A DNA stretch of 64,000 nucleotides from Octopus sinensis (Eukaryota): contig NC_043022.1 of assembly GCF_006345805.1 (NCBI RefSeq), forward strand, positions 15,438,001 through 15,502,000. Direction: 5' to 3'. The notes beneath the pieces were generated by a model. The model searched no databases. It had not been told where the DNA came from and saw only the letters and a list, made by a program, of their open reading frames with translations. Shown piece after piece: positions 60,496 through 64,000 of the stretch. The first letter of the stretch is position 1; each line of letters starts with the position of its first letter. Position numbers and translations under genes: made by a program.

Positions 60496-62416
60496 GTATA
60501 TATATATATATATATATGAAGACGAACATAAAACAAGTAGAATATTTTGGCGAGATATTGCCAGTTTAAAATGCTAAAGGGTTAAGGGTATGCATGTCTG
60601 TGGAGTACTCAGCCACTTCATGCTAATTTCAGAAGCAGACTATTCCATTGATTGGATCAACCAGGACCCTCATTGTTGTAACCAATGGAAAGCCAGATTT
60701 ATATATATCTGTTGAGGCAAGTGAAAATCAAAATGAAAATCAAAATCTCTCAACATCAATGGAAATTGTAGCTGAGATACCAGTGCCGGTGGCATGTAAG
60801 CGAACCATCTGAACGTGGCCGTTGCCAGCGCCGCCCCGACTGGTCTCTGTGCCGGTGGCACGTAAAAAGCACCATCCAATCATGGCCGTTTGCCAGCCTC
60901 GTCTGGCACCTGTGCAGGTGGCACATAAAAAGCACCCACTACACTCTTGGAGTGGTTGGCGTTAGGAAGGGCATCCAGCTGTAGAAACACTGCCAGATCA
61001 GACTGGACCTGGCGTAGCCTCCTGGCTTCCCAGACCCCAGTTGAACCGTCCAACCCATGCTAGCATGGAAAACGGACGTTAAACGATGATGATGATGATG
61101 ATATACATGAGTGGCTGAGGTCCTTTCAAGTGTTCGGTCCCATGGAGGCAATGACTGAGACCTTTGGCATTATGTCGTACCTGAGAAGAAGACCCAGCAA
61201 GCAGAGTAAAAGTGCAGTTGTGGCAGATACTGGTGTCAGGCAAATTGGTTCCTGTGCTGGTGGCACGTAAAAACACCCCAGTGTCACATAAATGACACCT
61301 GTGCCCATGGCACATAAAAGCACCCATTACACTCTCAGAGTGGTTGGCATTAGGAAGGGCATCCAGCCATAGAAAACCATGCGAAATCAGACCGGAGTCT
61401 GGTGCAACCTTCCAGCTTACCAGCCCTGGTCAAACCGTCCAACCCATGCCAGCATGGACAATGGGCGTTAGATGATGATGATGATGACGGTGTATATATT
61501 GCAGACCTAGCTGGTGAAAATGAATTGTATTTGTAATTCAAAAGGACCGGCCTTGTCACATTCTGCATCAGCATCTCTGTGGAGTACTCAGCCACTTGCC
61601 ATGTTAATTTCACGAGCAGGCTGTTCCATATCGATCGGACCAACTGGAACCCACGTCGTTGTAACCAACAAAGTGCCAGCCATGCTGAATCTCTCCGAGA
61701 ACCACATTGAGGACACGTGAGTCTGTCCTCAACGTAGTAGTTCTCGGTCAAGGACCACAAATGCCAAACCCCCCCACCACCACCACTACCACATTTACCT
61801 CAATCATCACACCAAACCGTCACCACCCCCGCTGCCATCACCACCACCACCACTGCCATCATCATCATCTCCCCACCCTCCCCCTCCACCATAAACTTAT
61901 TTCGATTTTTAAGTGTTATGTGGGAGAGAAACATCCAGAGAAGAGAGAACCACACTAAAAGTAGTAGTAGTAGCAGTAGTGGTAGTAGTAGTGGCTGTAG
62001 TAGTAGTAGTAGTAGTGGTGGTGTAGTGGTGGTGGTTCCACCCCTCTTCTGCCCAATGACTTGAATCTTCCTACCACTGCTGCCGCCACCACCACCATCA
62101 CCACGACTACTATTCAACCTCAGTTGAGCCCTTCTCTCATCCCCTCCCTCTCCGCCAAGTTCTCAAGTCACCTCAGGCTTCCCCCCCCCCCCTCCAGGTT
62201 CACTTCAATCCATCTCCTCTGTCCTCCCACACACGCCCCACCCTCATTCTTTCCCATTCATCAACCTCTGGCTACTTTACTACCACCGCTATTACCACTA
62301 CTATTCTCTTCTCACAACACACAACAACAAATATATATATACATACATATATATAAGAGATAATGGTGTCATTGAGACCCGAAGGTGTCAGGTAATGCTG
62401 AATGAGTCCTATAGAC

Positions 62417-62617
62417 CAGTGGTTTTCAACCAGAGTTCCGCCAGTACAGTCCAGGGGTTCCACAAGAAGTTACAAAGCTGCTAAAATCGGCAGTAATTTT
62501 TAATTCTCCTGTGCAGATATGTGTACATAAGACTATTAAATTATTGCACAGGGGTTCCTCGAGCCAGTGGAATGTTTCCTTGGGGTTCCGCTCCAGCAAA
62601 AAGGTTGAAAATCACTG
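62417..62617. mobile_element. hAT-superfamily MITE with an 8-bp TSD
   Basis: TIRs cagtggttttcaacc / ggttgaaaatcactg (1 mismatch); TSD ctatagac at 62409-62416 and 62618-62625. Confidence 0.92.
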
Positions 62618-62696
62618 CTATAGACAGACCATAGTTAAGTTCCAGATTCGTTAATATTGCGAATAAAGGGTTCAATGTTGGTTCTATCTCAGCGTG

Positions 62697-63030
62697 TGTA
62701 TATAAGAATTTTTTGCGTAATAAGATAAAAAAAACCCACAAGGCTCTGTAGATATGAGAGCATTTATAGATAGAAGGTCTTACAGCTGTTTCTAGGATAT
62801 TAATTAATAACAATATCCCTTCATTGGGGAAGGTGTGAGAGGAAAAATTAAGTCATAGTTAGTTTAGACTGACTATGACTTAATTTTCCTCACACCATCT
62901 CCGATGAAGGGATATTACTAATTAATTAATATCCTAGAAACAGCTGAAAGACCTTCTATCTATAAATGCTCTAATATCTATACAGCCTTGGGTTTTTTTT
63001 ATCTTATTACGCAAAAAATTCTTATATACA
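62697..63030. repeat. 334-bp near-perfect palindrome; each arm carries a decayed hammerhead-like motif
   Basis: tgtatataagaattttttgcg... / ...cgcaaaaaattcttatataca, centre at ~62865. Confidence 0.88.
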
Positions 63031-63145
63031 AATATATTTATATACATACATACATATGTATACATGCATATATATGTATATATATACATACATACACACA
63101 TATATATATATACACATACATATATACATATACTCACACACGTAC

Positions 63146-63182
<37 letters not shown>

Positions 63183-63194
63183 GTATACATATAT

Positions 63195-63350
63195 ATGACG
63201 GGATTCTTTCAGTTTCCGTCTACCAATCCACTCACAAGGCTTTGGTCAGCCTGAGGCTATAGTAGAAGACACTTGCCCAAGGTGCCACGCAGTGGGACTG
63301 AACCCGGAACCATGTGGTTGGTAAGCAAGCTACTTACCACATAGCCACTC
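63195..63350 (-). mobile_element. 5' half of a family A SINE
   Basis: Matches family A. Confidence 0.8.
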
Positions 63351-63376
63351 ATAATAATAAAGGGTAAAATTAATTA

Positions 63377-63461
<85 letters not shown>

Positions 63462-64000
63462 ATGCATATACACACATATTTACATATATATCTATATTTA
63501 TCTATAAATACCTATTTATATTGATATCTGTTTATCTTTATACCAATCTGTATATACCTATTTATATACCTGGTTGTAGCTATCCACCTATCTATCTATC
63601 TACCTGTCTATCTATCTACCTGTCTATGTGCCTCCCTTTCTTTGTCTTTCCCTTGCATTTTCTCCCCCTCTCACTTCCTCTCCATAATAACTCTTCCCAT
63701 CACCTTCCTCCTATCCACCTGAGACATTCTCTTCTGATTGTCCCATTTCTCAATCACTCACCTGTAATCACTCTACCTGTCCTTCCAGCACACACCTATA
63801 CTGCTGTCACACCTCTCTCTCTTCTTATTCACCTGCATTCACTAACACACACACACACACAGAAAACTAGTGTGCTTGTGGTGCTGGGCCAGCAGTCGAG
63901 CGAGTGAGTGGAACAGAGAGGACAAGCCTACCTCTACCACACAAACAGCGCAACACCAGAGGAGTTGGACTTAACACTACACAAAAACACTTAAGTCACT

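Overview
This is repeat-saturated, AT-rich animal DNA, and I could not find a confident host protein-coding gene. The repeat families and microsatellite load suggest an octopus or other cephalopod genome (inference). Main contents: (1) a near full-length but frameshifted RTE-clade LINE on the minus strand (~154-4700) whose reverse transcriptase carries an inserted PHD-type zinc finger, plus ~20 scattered copies of its 3' UTR; (2) an ~8.3-kb array of ~48 x 171-bp units that begins with the terminus of a Helitron/Helentron-like non-autonomous element; (3) dozens of tRNA-headed SINEs of several families, MITEs (hAT, TTAA/piggyBac-like), fragments of R4/Dong-like, CR1-like and a second RTE LINE family, and many micro- and minisatellites; (4) several hammerhead-ribozyme-like motifs. 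The strongest lead is a 361-bp tandem unit at 35472-36115. It carries a type I hammerhead fold with a compensatory U3-A8 core pair, a GUC cleavage triplet and an extended stem I, which makes it a candidate non-LTR retrozyme (a self-cleaving, circRNA-forming retroelement). All structures were read by eye. Repeat boundaries are approximate to within tens of bases unless a TSD or TIR is quoted.
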